A DNA stretch of 64,000 nucleotides from a virus (Duplodnaviria; Heunggongvirae; Uroviricota; Caudoviricetes). The notes below the pieces were generated by a model. That model was given only the letters and a program-made list of their open reading frames with translations, was not told the DNA's origin and did no database searches. Shown here piece after piece: positions 9,640 through 18,040 of the stretch (the stretch's first letter is position 1; each line of letters begins with the position of its first letter). The stretch spans positions 20,373-84,372 of IMG/VR virus record IMGVR_UViG_3300031957_002393. One strand, given 5' to 3'. The position numbers and the translations under genes were made by a program.

Positions 9640-10728
9640 ATGAGCACGCAGCAAGCCCAAGAGACGCCCATCGAGGGCGGCAACGACACCAGCCAGGACA
9701 CAGGTGCCTCGGGCGCCGGGGTAGACGGCTCGGGTGTTGACACGTCAACAGATAGCGGAGCAGAGGGCGGCGAGGCTATCGAGCCCGCAGAGGGAACCAT
9801 CGACTGGAACGGTGAGGTCGAGTCGCTGCAGAGCGCAGACTGGTTCAAGTCCGATGCAATCCCAGAGGAAGTACGTGGAGCTATTCTCAAAGGCATCCAA
9901 GAGAAAATCAGCAACTATAACCGTCGCACCACAGATGCCTGGACGAAGGCCGCTGAGGAGCGGAAGAAGTTTGAACAGGAGCAAGAGAAGTATCAAGGTG
10001 AGTGGGCGAATAAGCTACAGGACCTTGAGGATCGACGGAACGCATTCCTGCAGGCAGTAGAGAACGAAGGTCAACATGAGGCGTTGACGGCCGAGTTCAA
10101 GAAGATTCAAGCCGAACTACAAGCAAAGAACGAGCGTACATCTGAGCTTGAGACAAAGCTCGAAGCAGCCAACAAACGCTACTCCATCATGGAAGATGAG
10201 ATTCGTGGGGGTGTCAATGACCTCATTGAGCGCTTGAAGAAGGAGAAGATGGAAGTTACACAGCAGCTCGCTGAACGTAACGAAGTCCTGCAGCAAATCG
10301 AGCAACAGCGACTTGAGGCTGAGCACCAGAAGAACTACGAGTACGCAGTTAATCAGGTGCAGAAGTGGCTACCGCACGCAGACAAGATCCAAGAAGCCGA
10401 CATGGACACATTGATTTACGAGGGTAACCAGTTCATGGAACTGTACTACCGTCGTAATGGAGTCGACCCTGATCGCTTCGACCCGAGCAACCCAGAGCAC
10501 ATGAAGGTCAACAAGGGTGCATTGGAGTTCACCGAGCAGCGCCTCAAGCGACTGTACCCGGAACCTGAGAACCCCAACCCTGCTCCCACTGGAGCGCCCG
10601 CTGCAGATGAGTTGGCGAACGGCGGAAAGGGTAGTGTATCGGTAGAGCAAACGGAAACCAAAGCCGATGCGGTGCGGGCAGGACGAAACCCATACGAGCG
10701 GCACATCAAATCCAGTGTCTTCGGATAG
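9640..10728 (+). CDS. scaffold-like coiled-coil protein
   Basis: ATG 9640 with SD GGAGAG 7 nt upstream; acidic N-terminus then long Glu/Lys/Gln-rich heptad-like region (EQEQEKYQGEWANKLQDLEDRRNAFLQAVENEGQHEALTAEFKKIQAELQAK...). Confidence 0.45.
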   Translation: MSTQQAQETPIEGGNDTSQDTGASGAGVDGSGVDTSTDSGAEGGEAIEPAEGTIDWNGEVESLQSADWFKSDAIPEEVRGAILKGIQEKISNYNRRTTDAWTKAAEERKKFEQEQEKYQGEWANKLQDLEDRRNAFLQAVENEGQHEALTAEFKKIQAELQAKNERTSELETKLEAANKRYSIMEDEIRGGVNDLIERLKKEKMEVTQQLAERNEVLQQIEQQRLEAEHQKNYEYAVNQVQKWLPHADKIQEADMDTLIYEGNQFMELYYRRNGVDPDRFDPSNPEHMKVNKGALEFTEQRLKRLYPEPENPNPAPTGAPAADELANGGKGSVSVEQTETKADAVRAGRNPYERHIKSSVFG

Positions 10729-10776
10729 TAGCTGGTTGAGACTGTTCCCCGAAGAGTGACATCGCCGCACAAGAGA

Positions 10777-10803
10777 AAGGCCCCCGATCGACTCGGGGGC
10801 CTT
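10777..10803. terminator. bidirectional terminator hairpin between convergent genes
   Basis: GGCCCCCGA-TCGAC-TCGGGGGCC; T-rich on minus side (TTTCTCTT) and TTCGTCGTT on plus side; sits between stop 10728 (+) and stop 10830 (-). Member of the CCCCCGAGTCGA repeat family. Confidence 0.55.
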
Positions 10804-10829
10804 CGTCGTTAGAGGGTGTTGACGCTCAC

Positions 10830-11915
10830 TCAGCCATTGGCCATCTCTTCTGCATCACGTTGCGCCACGGCTTGGCGAGCCTCACGGAGCTGAGCGCGTT
10901 TACGGTTACGTTGTTGTTGAACGAACGATGCTACATGAACGCCATTGACAGTAAGACTCTGCATGACAGCTCGGTTCTCGGCGTCGAATACAATATGCAG
11001 CTCAAGAGGCACATCACCTTCATCGTCCACAGGAAGGACAACCACGGGACCAAGGCGCTCCAAGGGCAAGGTAGTGTTTTCTTTGCAGACAAACACCAAC
11101 ACCTCCATAGGCCACCCATCAAACTGCATTCGATCACGGTGCCGAGCGATAGCAGTTTGACGTCCGTGTAGTTGAATACGACTGAACGGAACCGCACAAG
11201 CAACAGCACCGTGTAGCTTGTAATGATTCATGGTCGACACAAGCTTGTTGTCACGGTCGATGGGGTGAGGCACCCAACGCTCAGAGGCAGGCCGCAAAGA
11301 AGGGATGCGTTGAATGACCGCTGACAGAGACAGAGCCGAAGACGCGGAGGGGGAGGGGTCAGGTGTTGACGCGTCAAGAGCCTCAGCCTGCAGGGCCGCC
11401 AACGCCCCCTTGAGCCGCGCCAGCTCCGCCGACACCTCAGCCATCACCGAAGGCACCTCGGACGCAACAGGGGAGAGAGACGGCGAAGCATCATCCCCTC
11501 GGGGCGCATCAACCAGCGGCGCGATCTCCTCACCAAGTAGCTCGGGACCAATGGTGTTACCCTGGACTACATCAGCAGGGATTTCGTCAGGGTCATCACC
11601 ATCGTCGTCTAAATCGAAGATAACTACGGCCGACGGGGTGGAATCAGGCAGTGGATCCGTTGCGTCAAACTTAGTCGATAGCCCCCGCGACGCGGAAGCA
11701 TTAGGATCCACAAGCGACGCGGGATCGATCTCTGTGTCAAGCCACGAACGAGTCGAGTTACTTAGCCCTGGAAAGACTTCCTCGAAACCGTCAGGGGGCT
11801 GAAAGGCATCAGGTAGCAGGAGATGAAGGAGAGTAGATTGAATCCACCCATCCTCCTCTGTGTACACACCCGTAGACGCAAGCCGTTCACGGATAAGTTG
11901 TCGTACAGTAGGCAT
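10830..11915 (-). CDS. hypothetical acidic protein (361 aa)
   Basis: ORF at end of leftward operon; Asp/Pro/Ser-rich central region. Confidence 0.4.
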   Translation of the reverse strand: MPTVRQLIRERLASTGVYTEEDGWIQSTLLHLLLPDAFQPPDGFEEVFPGLSNSTRSWLDTEIDPASLVDPNASASRGLSTKFDATDPLPDSTPSAVVIFDLDDDGDDPDEIPADVVQGNTIGPELLGEEIAPLVDAPRGDDASPSLSPVASEVPSVMAEVSAELARLKGALAALQAEALDASTPDPSPSASSALSLSAVIQRIPSLRPASERWVPHPIDRDNKLVSTMNHYKLHGAVACAVPFSRIQLHGRQTAIARHRDRMQFDGWPMEVLVFVCKENTTLPLERLGPVVVLPVDDEGDVPLELHIVFDAENRAVMQSLTVNGVHVASFVQQQRNRKRAQLREARQAVAQRDAEEMANG

Positions 11916-11917
11916 GT

Positions 11918-12451
11918 TTAGCTCCTTTGCTCACCATCACCACGGATTGTACCTGTGGCTTTACGTTGTTGTAGTTTGGCTGCGTTAGATGCGAGCAGAT
12001 CACTCACCTCAAGACCATGAGACTTCGCCAATCTACCCAAACAATCATAAGCCAACTGGCTCCATCGGTTCATCTCCACCGGAGTTAGGGTTCCTGTGTC
12101 GTGTAAGTGGATAAAAAGGCGATGTGACAGTGCATCGAGTTGCATTAGCGGGTCATTGGTGATGGCCCACGGGTGACAACCTCTCTCAGAGCACGGATTC
12201 ACGGCAGCGCCGCTCAAACACAGGGGCACGGTGGCGAAATTGCGGTGAAGTTCGCTTAGATACCAGTAGCAATCAGCGATTTCGCTGGCCACCTTCTCTG
12301 ACGCCCCCGAGTCGCCGCGAATAACCTTCTTCAAGCGCCCAAAAACCTCACCAACCTCGGACTTAAAGCCGAAGACAAGGTACTTAGCCGCATTTTCGTT
12401 AGGGTAAACGGCCGTAGACGCCGTTTGCTGGGAGTATTCAATCCAATCCAT
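11918..12451 (-). CDS. mazG: MazG-like nucleoside triphosphate pyrophosphohydrolase
   Basis: SEVGEVFGRLKK...EKVASEIADCYWYLSEL matches MazG EExxE...E..xDxxWYL metal-binding helices. Confidence 0.55.
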   Translation of the reverse strand: MDWIEYSQQTASTAVYPNENAAKYLVFGFKSEVGEVFGRLKKVIRGDSGASEKVASEIADCYWYLSELHRNFATVPLCLSGAAVNPCSERGCHPWAITNDPLMQLDALSHRLFIHLHDTGTLTPVEMNRWSQLAYDCLGRLAKSHGLEVSDLLASNAAKLQQRKATGTIRGDGEQRS

Positions 12452-12713
12452 AGTAATCAGAGTCCAAAAAGTTAGCGTCGAAGACGTGGTTAATGACAGA
12501 AGACAAGGAATCGCGGATTAAGGGAGATGAAACGGCACCACGTAAGGATACAAGTAAGTCAACGTGGGCTTTTCGCAAAGGGCTCACGTCGATATCGAGC
12601 AATGTAGCCTCACGAGTCACCAAAACCTGATGCTGAACGGCGGTAAAAGTCCCCATTGCCTGGAAACTTGCAACCAATTCGACGTATCGCCAGAATAAAC
12701 TCACCGCATTCAT
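12438..12713 (-). CDS. hypothetical protein (91 aa)
   Basis: ORF overlapping neighbours by 14/4 nt in leftward operon. Confidence 0.35.
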   Translation of the reverse strand: MNAVSLFWRYVELVASFQAMGTFTAVQHQVLVTREATLLDIDVSPLRKAHVDLLVSLRGAVSSPLIRDSLSSVINHVFDANFLDSDYYGLD

Positions 12714-12982
12714 GCGTCACCAAGGGCGCGAGCCTCTGCCTGAACAAACATGTCCCACACCACCTGACATGAACACGATGCCATGTGAGTAGAATAGGAG
12801 TGTAGGAGCGCAGGACACATCGCCGGAGGCATGTGGTTGAACGTCATGCACCAATCAAGGGTAGCTTGACTCAACTTTCCATACACACGATACTCCCACT
12901 CCATCTGCAACAAGCGTGTAATGAAGTTTAGCGCCGCGTTATGAGGGTCAAGCACATTATTGAGGTCAACGGGCTCCATCAT
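12710..12982 (-). CDS. hypothetical protein (90 aa)
   Basis: ATGA-type overlap with upstream RHH gene. Confidence 0.35.
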   Translation of the reverse strand: MMEPVDLNNVLDPHNAALNFITRLLQMEWEYRVYGKLSQATLDWCMTFNHMPPAMCPALLHSYSTHMASCSCQVVWDMFVQAEARALGDA

Positions 12983-13278
12983 TCAACGTCCTCAAGCGGA
13001 AGCGATAGTTGCGTTCCCGTAATAGGACGCTTACCCGCCTTCATCGCGCCTCCGCATTGAAGCCACATGTCACGAAATGTCTCAGGGTCACCATTGGGAT
13101 CAATGGCAGCGGCATTGATCATTGCGGCCAGGGCAGGATGAGCGATTGTACGCATCCAAATAAGCAGGCGCATACCTTCACGGATAGCGGCTGAGCGGTT
13201 GGTGTTGCCCAGGCTCTCATCAAACTCTTCGATAAGGTGCCCGGGGACGGCAATAGAGAAGCGGTGGGTCTCGGCCAT
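12979..13278 (-). CDS. ribbon-helix-helix (CopG/Arc/MetJ-like) transcriptional regulator
   Basis: HRFSIAVPGHLIEEFDESLGNTNRSAAIREGMRLLI = RHH beta-strand + helices; start moved to ATG 13278 (minus-strand SD AAGGAG 6 nt upstream; track ORF extends to 13359). Confidence 0.55.
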   Translation of the reverse strand: MAETHRFSIAVPGHLIEEFDESLGNTNRSAAIREGMRLLIWMRTIAHPALAAMINAAAIDPNGDPETFRDMWLQCGGAMKAGKRPITGTQLSLPLEDVE

Positions 13279-13470
13279 GTAGTAGCTCCTTGCGATCACA
13301 GTGTCGCAGGCATGAGGTTTCATCGTACACGAGCCCACCGTAACCCGCTGGGCGTCCACCGCACAGACATTCAGCGCAAAAAATCACTCGCTTGCACACT
13401 CGCCGCCCCCGAGTTACCTGTGTGAAGGTCGGCGCACAAGGCGCTACGACCAGTGAGGGACCACAGGTCC

Positions 13471-13484
13471 CTTGACACGTCAAG
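13471..13484. promoter_or_regulatory. CTTGACACGTCAAG palindromic site (operator/promoter-like) just upstream of SD of 13501 gene
   Basis: Exact copy of recurrent 12-mer TTGACACGTCAA; contains TTGACA; in divergent intergenic region next to RHH regulator. Confidence 0.5.
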
Positions 13485-13500
13485 ACTTTAGGGAGCAAAC

Positions 13501-14053
13501 CATGCCCATCGTAACCAGTGACGAACATCTGCACATCTTGACGACACTGAAAGGTGCACTCAACGGTAGCGCACGAAAAGACTTCCCTGCAGAGGTGTAC
13601 GATTGCACCTCCGATGACAGCCCTTTCGTTGCGATCGATTGGGTCCATGCAGCTACACGTCAACGACTGCTTCTGTGGCTACTCGATACATGCAACGAAG
13701 TGACGTGGATCAAGAAGGCGGCGCATACAGGCTACCCCATGATCACATGTGCGTTGCTTCAAGACGAGTTCACGATCGACATGGCTTCCCTTTGTTTAGA
13801 CTACGGACCTACAACGGGAGAAGAAGACCAAGCAATCGTGTTGACACAAGCTGTGTTAAGGGCCATTGACGCAATGAAGACAAAGGGTGAGGAAGAAGCA
13901 CCTCCATCGAAGCTACAAGAGATCATGCAACTGCTAACAGACTATGAAGGCGAACGCCTCAAGTACGCAACCCTAGTGACAGACACCAGCGTCAACGTGT
14001 ACAACTACGAACAGAGAAACATCACAACGATTCTACGGGACAATAAGGAGTAG
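13501..14053 (+). CDS. hypothetical protein (184 aa)
   Basis: ATG 13501 with SD AGGGAG 5 nt upstream; track ORF begins earlier at 13472 inside the palindrome. Confidence 0.45.
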
Positions 14054-14056
14054 AGA

Positions 14057-14782
14057 ATGTCGACAGGCATCAACTACAACCTCGACACGGGACTTTACGA
14101 AGTACGCTGCAAGGATCCACTCCCTGTAGAGCAGGGCTACTTGTTTTGTTACCACGCAGCCAAGAATCGAGACATGGCGGAACGGATCGCACGTGAGCAC
14201 GATGGTGTAGTGCGAGCAGCCATCGACTATGAGGCATGCCAGCGAGTACACAAGTTCTGGTCCCTGTTAAGCGGAAAGACTCAACAACCTATACTTACAA
14301 TGGACGTAATGCGAGCAGTCGTGCGAGCAACGTTCAAGGGTCTATGGAGGCAATTGCGTGTGGCTGTAGTCAAAGCGTTAGCACGCAGTCTGCCTTTACG
14401 CGAACAAGATTACAACGCCAACACAATGGCGATCATCTACCTGATTGCAGAGGATGTCAAGAGTCACACGGAGCCCATGACACCAGAGGATAGGGAGGTA
14501 CAATCGCTCATCATCCAGGCGTGTAAGCAAAACGCACGCCTTCGCTACTACTTCGCGGCAGAGTTGAGCATTAACGCAAACCGTAGCGATCGCATGGCAC
14601 CGAACAACATCTGTTACAACATCGCCATGGCGCTGTGGGGTGTAAAGGCAGAAGGTAAATCGCGTAAGGCATGTATGTACTACGACAACGAAGAGTACAT
14701 CAACATGTATCAACACATCAACCAGGATGACGCCCTCGAAGCTACATGGCTGCAGTGGCGAGATGGGACCACAGCCTCTTGA
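14057..14782 (+). CDS. hypothetical protein (241 aa)
   Basis: ORF 3 nt after previous stop; SD AAGGAG upstream. Confidence 0.45.
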   Translation: MSTGINYNLDTGLYEVRCKDPLPVEQGYLFCYHAAKNRDMAERIAREHDGVVRAAIDYEACQRVHKFWSLLSGKTQQPILTMDVMRAVVRATFKGLWRQLRVAVVKALARSLPLREQDYNANTMAIIYLIAEDVKSHTEPMTPEDREVQSLIIQACKQNARLRYYFAAELSINANRSDRMAPNNICYNIAMALWGVKAEGKSRKACMYYDNEEYINMYQHINQDDALEATWLQWRDGTTAS

Positions 14783-14791
14783 CACGTCAAG
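14778..14791. promoter_or_regulatory. CTTGACACGTCAAG palindromic site upstream of SD of 14809 gene
   Basis: Exact 14-bp copy; followed by GAGTAGAAGGAGTAAAAGATG. Confidence 0.5.
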
Positions 14792-14808
14792 AGTAGAAGG
14801 AGTAAAAG

Positions 14809-15174
14809 ATGACGAAGGATCCACAAGCATGGTGCTGCACAAACTGCGGCCACCATTTGGGCGTAGGCATGGAAAATGTGTGCACAATTTGCAAGGTGTG
14901 CACGCAACGCATGTATTGGCAACCATCAGGTTGCTGGGGAATGAAGAAACCACGGGAGGAAGAAGGCATGAGTGACAACGAAGCGACGAAGGACTACATC
15001 AAACAAGCGCTAAAGGAGCAGTTGGCCAGGGAGGTAGAGCGGTGTAACCATATCTGCGAGAAAAGCGTAGAAGCGGAAGTAGCGAGGTACAAAGCAGCCG
15101 CTAAAGCTGCGGGTGTAGACGGTGAGCACAACAACACGACGATTAACGTCGTGGTCACAATCGACTGGTATTAG
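14809..15174 (+). CDS. Cys-rich (zinc-binding) protein (121 aa)
   Basis: WCCTNCGHH...CTICKVCTQ; SD AAGGAG. Confidence 0.45.
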   Translation: MTKDPQAWCCTNCGHHLGVGMENVCTICKVCTQRMYWQPSGCWGMKKPREEEGMSDNEATKDYIKQALKEQLAREVERCNHICEKSVEAEVARYKAAAKAAGVDGEHNNTTINVVVTIDWY

Positions 15175-15188
15175 GAGTAAACACAACC

Positions 15189-15452
15189 ATGGCTGAAGGC
15201 ACGAAGCAACAACTCATAGAAAAGTACAACGAGGCAGTTAACGAACACATCAAACGGATGAAGCATAAGCACCTCAGAGAACTATACAAGTTTGAAGCGA
15301 TCATCTCCGTAGGCAGCGGTGGTAAGTTCCATGCGGTACCAGCGGAATTAGCGATCGCACGGCGCGACAACGTTGACTTCTTGAACACACCTGAACCCAG
15401 CCTAAAGAAGCTGCGTTATTGGGGTAAGAGGTTGAAGGAATTTGAGGGGTAG
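15189..15452 (+). CDS. hypothetical protein (87 aa)
   Basis: ORF with upstream AGGAG; Lys/Glu-rich. Confidence 0.4.
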   Translation: MAEGTKQQLIEKYNEAVNEHIKRMKHKHLRELYKFEAIISVGSGGKFHAVPAELAIARRDNVDFLNTPEPSLKKLRYWGKRLKEFEG

Positions 15453-15517
15453 GAGGAGGCAAATCGACTCGGGGGCGACATGAGCGACACCTCGGGGGCG
15501 ACACCCATCAGCAAAGT

Positions 15518-15531
15518 GTTGACACGTCAAG
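15518..15531. promoter_or_regulatory. GTTGACACGTCAAG palindromic site in noncoding region
   Basis: Third intergenic exact copy within 2 kb; flanked by CTCGGGGGCGACA x2 direct repeat (15490-15505) and CGCCCCCGAGTCTACGGGGGCG hairpin (15559-15580). Confidence 0.45.
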
Positions 15532-15654
15532 AGCACGGGGTGACAGCCCGCGACCACGCCCCCGAGTCTACGGGGGCGAAGGGATAACAACACGAGGAAG
15601 TGAAGAACAGTAGCACGGAGTAACATTGAGTAACAATCACACAGCATCACACCG

Positions 15655-15775
15655 TGATAATTCCAAATTGAAAAATCAAATTTTTTTATTATCATTGATC
15701 AACATAAATAAAACAAGGTTTGCAGCATACGTATAACATAATAGTCAGGTAAATAGGAAAAAGTAGGCGTATTAC
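15655..15775. other. AT-rich island (~120 bp, <30% GC) in otherwise GC-rich genome; candidate DNA-unwinding element/origin or strong promoter region
   Basis: aattccaaattgaaaaatcaaatttttttattatcattgatcaacataaataaaacaagg...; no ORF; followed by TATACGTATA palindrome at 15866. Confidence 0.4.
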
Positions 15776-16011
15776 GAGAGACACATCGCTTAAATCCCGC
15801 GCGCCGCCCTGGGGGGACGGCCTCGGGGGCCTTGAAAAAAATCGTTCCGCACCTCCCTTCGTGTCGATCGGTCATATACGTATACGGGCATGGGGGGTTC
15901 CACTATTCGTGGGGGCACTTAGACTTTCCCCTCGCAAGGGGACGGCGTTAGTGTCAACCGAACACTATACTTATTGTCATCGTGACACTATGTACCGCAC
16001 TGGTAGCTGGC

Positions 16012-16041
16012 ACGAAAAAGCCTCGCAGTGGAAGGCGAGGC
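16012..16041 (-). terminator. rho-independent terminator for minus-strand genes
   Basis: GCCTCGC-AGTGGAAG-GCGAGGC stem-loop; on minus strand followed by TTTTTCG (plus-strand AAAAAG at 16015-16020); 30 nt after stop of 16072 gene. Confidence 0.6.
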
Positions 16042-16071
16042 TATAGGCTTCTGGGTATGGCGACCGGTCGA

Positions 16072-16362
16072 CTATGCGGCCGCGTTCCACCAATGGGGAG
16101 CGCCGAACCGCAGTGCGAGGAAGGTGCGATCGATTTCGTACTTGACGAGCTGCACTGCGAAATGTGCGGCCATGAAGGAAACGTGATCTTCGGAACCATG
16201 GCCCAAAGCGGTCTGCACCGACTTCACGCAAAAGGGCTGGCCGCTTTCGATCATGCTCTCGACGATCTTGCACGCCTTTTCTTTGCGGAGTTCAACCGTA
16301 AACAGGCGATGGTGACGCATAGCGGTGCGACCCGAATGGACGACAGGGTAGGCTGTGAACAT
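16072..16362 (-). CDS. hypothetical protein (97 aa)
   Basis: Start set to ATG 16362 (minus-strand ACAATGGAGATCGATCAATG: SD GGAGAT); track ORF longer (to 16434). Confidence 0.45.
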   Translation of the reverse strand: MFTAYPVVHSGRTAMRHHRLFTVELRKEKACKIVESMIESGQPFCVKSVQTALGHGSEDHVSFMAAHFAVQLVKYEIDRTFLALRFGAPHWWNAAA

Positions 16363-16383
16363 TGATCGATCTCCATTGTGAGA

Positions 16384-16403
16384 CACAGACAGTGTAATCG
16401 ATC
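16384..16403 (-). promoter_or_regulatory. 20-bp direct repeat CACAGACAGTGTAATCGATC (copy 1), ~10 nt upstream of SD
   Basis: Identical 20-mer again at 16720-16739, same position relative to SD GGAGAT of the next gene. Confidence 0.45.
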
Positions 16404-16440
16404 CATCGCTACGCGGCAAGGGATCGATCATCAAGCGATC

Positions 16441-16698
16441 TTAGAAGATGTCGATCGCTTCGCCATTGTCGATCGCTTCGTTGATCGCGTCGCTGAAGTC
16501 GGTGATGTCCCAACCCGTAGTATCAGTCTCACACCAGTAACCACGGGTCATCGGAACTGCTACACCGATGTCATCAAAGCACAACCACGGACCGTTGCGG
16601 GCCATACGGATATCACCGTCCATCATAGCCGAGAGATCGGCCAGCATCTTTGACGAGATGACAGGGTTGTGACGGTCGGCAGAGTGCGGCATGGGCAT
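16441..16698 (-). CDS. hypothetical protein (EAID-repeat C-terminus)
   Basis: Start set to ATG 16698 (minus-strand ACGGAGATTCAAACCATG); tandem GTCGATCGCTTCG DNA repeat encodes EAIDNGEAID. Confidence 0.45.
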   Translation of the reverse strand: MPMPHSADRHNPVISSKMLADLSAMMDGDIRMARNGPWLCFDDIGVAVPMTRGYWCETDTTGWDITDFSDAINEAIDNGEAIDIF

Positions 16699-16719
16699 GG
16701 TTTGAATCTCCGTTGGGGG

Positions 16720-16739
16720 CACAGACAGTGTAATCGATC
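16720..16739 (-). promoter_or_regulatory. 20-bp direct repeat CACAGACAGTGTAATCGATC (copy 2)
   Basis: Exact repeat of 16384-16403. Confidence 0.45.
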
Positions 16740-17127
16740 ACCCGAGGAATGCAAGGGGCAAGATCCACGCGATCGCAACGACACCGATAGAAGCGCCGAT
16801 GGCATTGTGGCGACGGTGCATAGCGTCGATCGTTGACTCGATACCCGCCCACCACAACGGATCGCGAGTGTCTACGATGACTCGCTGGTCGACAGTGATC
16901 GACGCGCCACCGGTCGAGAGGTTGAGAGCGAGTCGACGGGTAGCGATACCCCCGCGTGCACGGGGCACGATCCGCAGCTCGACACGGTAGCTGGAGACCA
17001 GCGCCGCTACACGAGAGGCATAGTGTCGGATCGACACGATCGCCCGGTACCGCGCCCCCTCAGTAGAATCGATCGCGTGGGTCATAGCAGCGAGAGTGAG
17101 AAGTGCGACGATAGCGAGAGGATACAT
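16738..17127 (-). CDS. membrane/secreted protein with N-terminal signal/TM (MYPLAIVALLTLAAMTHA)
   Basis: Start set to ATG 17127 preceded by ACAATGGAGATCATAATG (same SD context as neighbours). Confidence 0.45.
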   Translation of the reverse strand: MYPLAIVALLTLAAMTHAIDSTEGARYRAIVSIRHYASRVAALVSSYRVELRIVPRARGGIATRRLALNLSTGGASITVDQRVIVDTRDPLWWAGIESTIDAMHRRHNAIGASIGVVAIAWILPLAFLG

Positions 17128-17204
17128 TATGATCTCCATTGTGACGCCGATTGTCTATCAGTGATCACTGACAGGTGCCAGTGATCAAAGATGGACGATC
17201 GGAA

Positions 17205-17459
17205 TCAATCACCGTTGACGTATTCCGTGATCGCGTCGCACTCTGCAATGGCCCGATCAAGCGCTTCGGAAAGGATGCCATCGTCAATCTCGGGGCACTT
17301 GCGGGCCAGCTCGATAGCAGTACCGATCGCTGAAAACCGGTGCCAGTGCTCCTTGCACTCTTCTGTAGTGCGCAAGTATTCAGCGACGCGCACAACGGCA
17401 GCATCCCACGCAAGGGGCGTATGTGAGAGGCCAGAAGGCAAAGAATAAAGAGTAGACAT
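17205..17459 (-). CDS. hypothetical protein (84 aa)
   Basis: ORF, first gene of minus-strand cluster; upstream 580-bp noncoding region. Confidence 0.4.
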   Translation of the reverse strand: MSTLYSLPSGLSHTPLAWDAAVVRVAEYLRTTEECKEHWHRFSAIGTAIELARKCPEIDDGILSEALDRAIAECDAITEYVNGD

Positions 17460-18040
17460 GGCGGGATCTCCTTTGATTGAGACACGACACTGCTACCGCA
17501 GCGATCACGGCATGTCCACAAAAGAATCATGTCCATTATATACGCGAAAGGCGACCGCCTATTGCAAGTATTGGGCCAATTGGACATTGGCACGGGGAAT
17601 GCATTAGTGGGAGTGCTTATGGTCCCGTCTCCAGGCGCCGATAGCATAGTGACTATCGACCTTTTCGTCTTTGTTATTGTTATACCTTACGACCCTTTAC
17701 TTATGTTTTATGTGTCTACCTCTACCCTCTTTTCACCTACGCACTGCTACCATGGGGGTTTATGCGGAGTGTATTGTATGGATCATTACTACATGAATGC
17801 CCCGATGACTCGGGGGCGATCGAGTGAGCATTTTTACTTACCAGGGGGGCGCCCCGTCGACTCGCTGGGGCGATCCCGCGGTGATCGTGTTGACTATGAT
17901 CCCCTTGACGCCTGTATTTCCGATGTCGTCCGAAGATTCTTTTAAAACAACCCTTGCCATTGGGGACCCGTAGACATAAGCTCTCTGTGTCGGAAGGGAA
18001 GCGGCGCCCCGCTGCTACCAACGACAGAGGAGATCAAACA

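Noticed and set aside
13472-13483. TTGACA within the palindrome as a sigma70 -35 box
   Set aside because: No convincing TATAAT-like -10 element at 16-18 bp spacing in any of the three intergenic copies. Kept only as operator/promoter-like.
15982-16365. 127-aa plus-strand ORF overlapping the minus-strand gene 16072-16362
   Set aside because: The minus-strand frame has a conserved SD (GGAGAT) and upstream 20-bp repeat shared with its neighbours, and it is followed by a terminator. The plus ORF lacks an SD.
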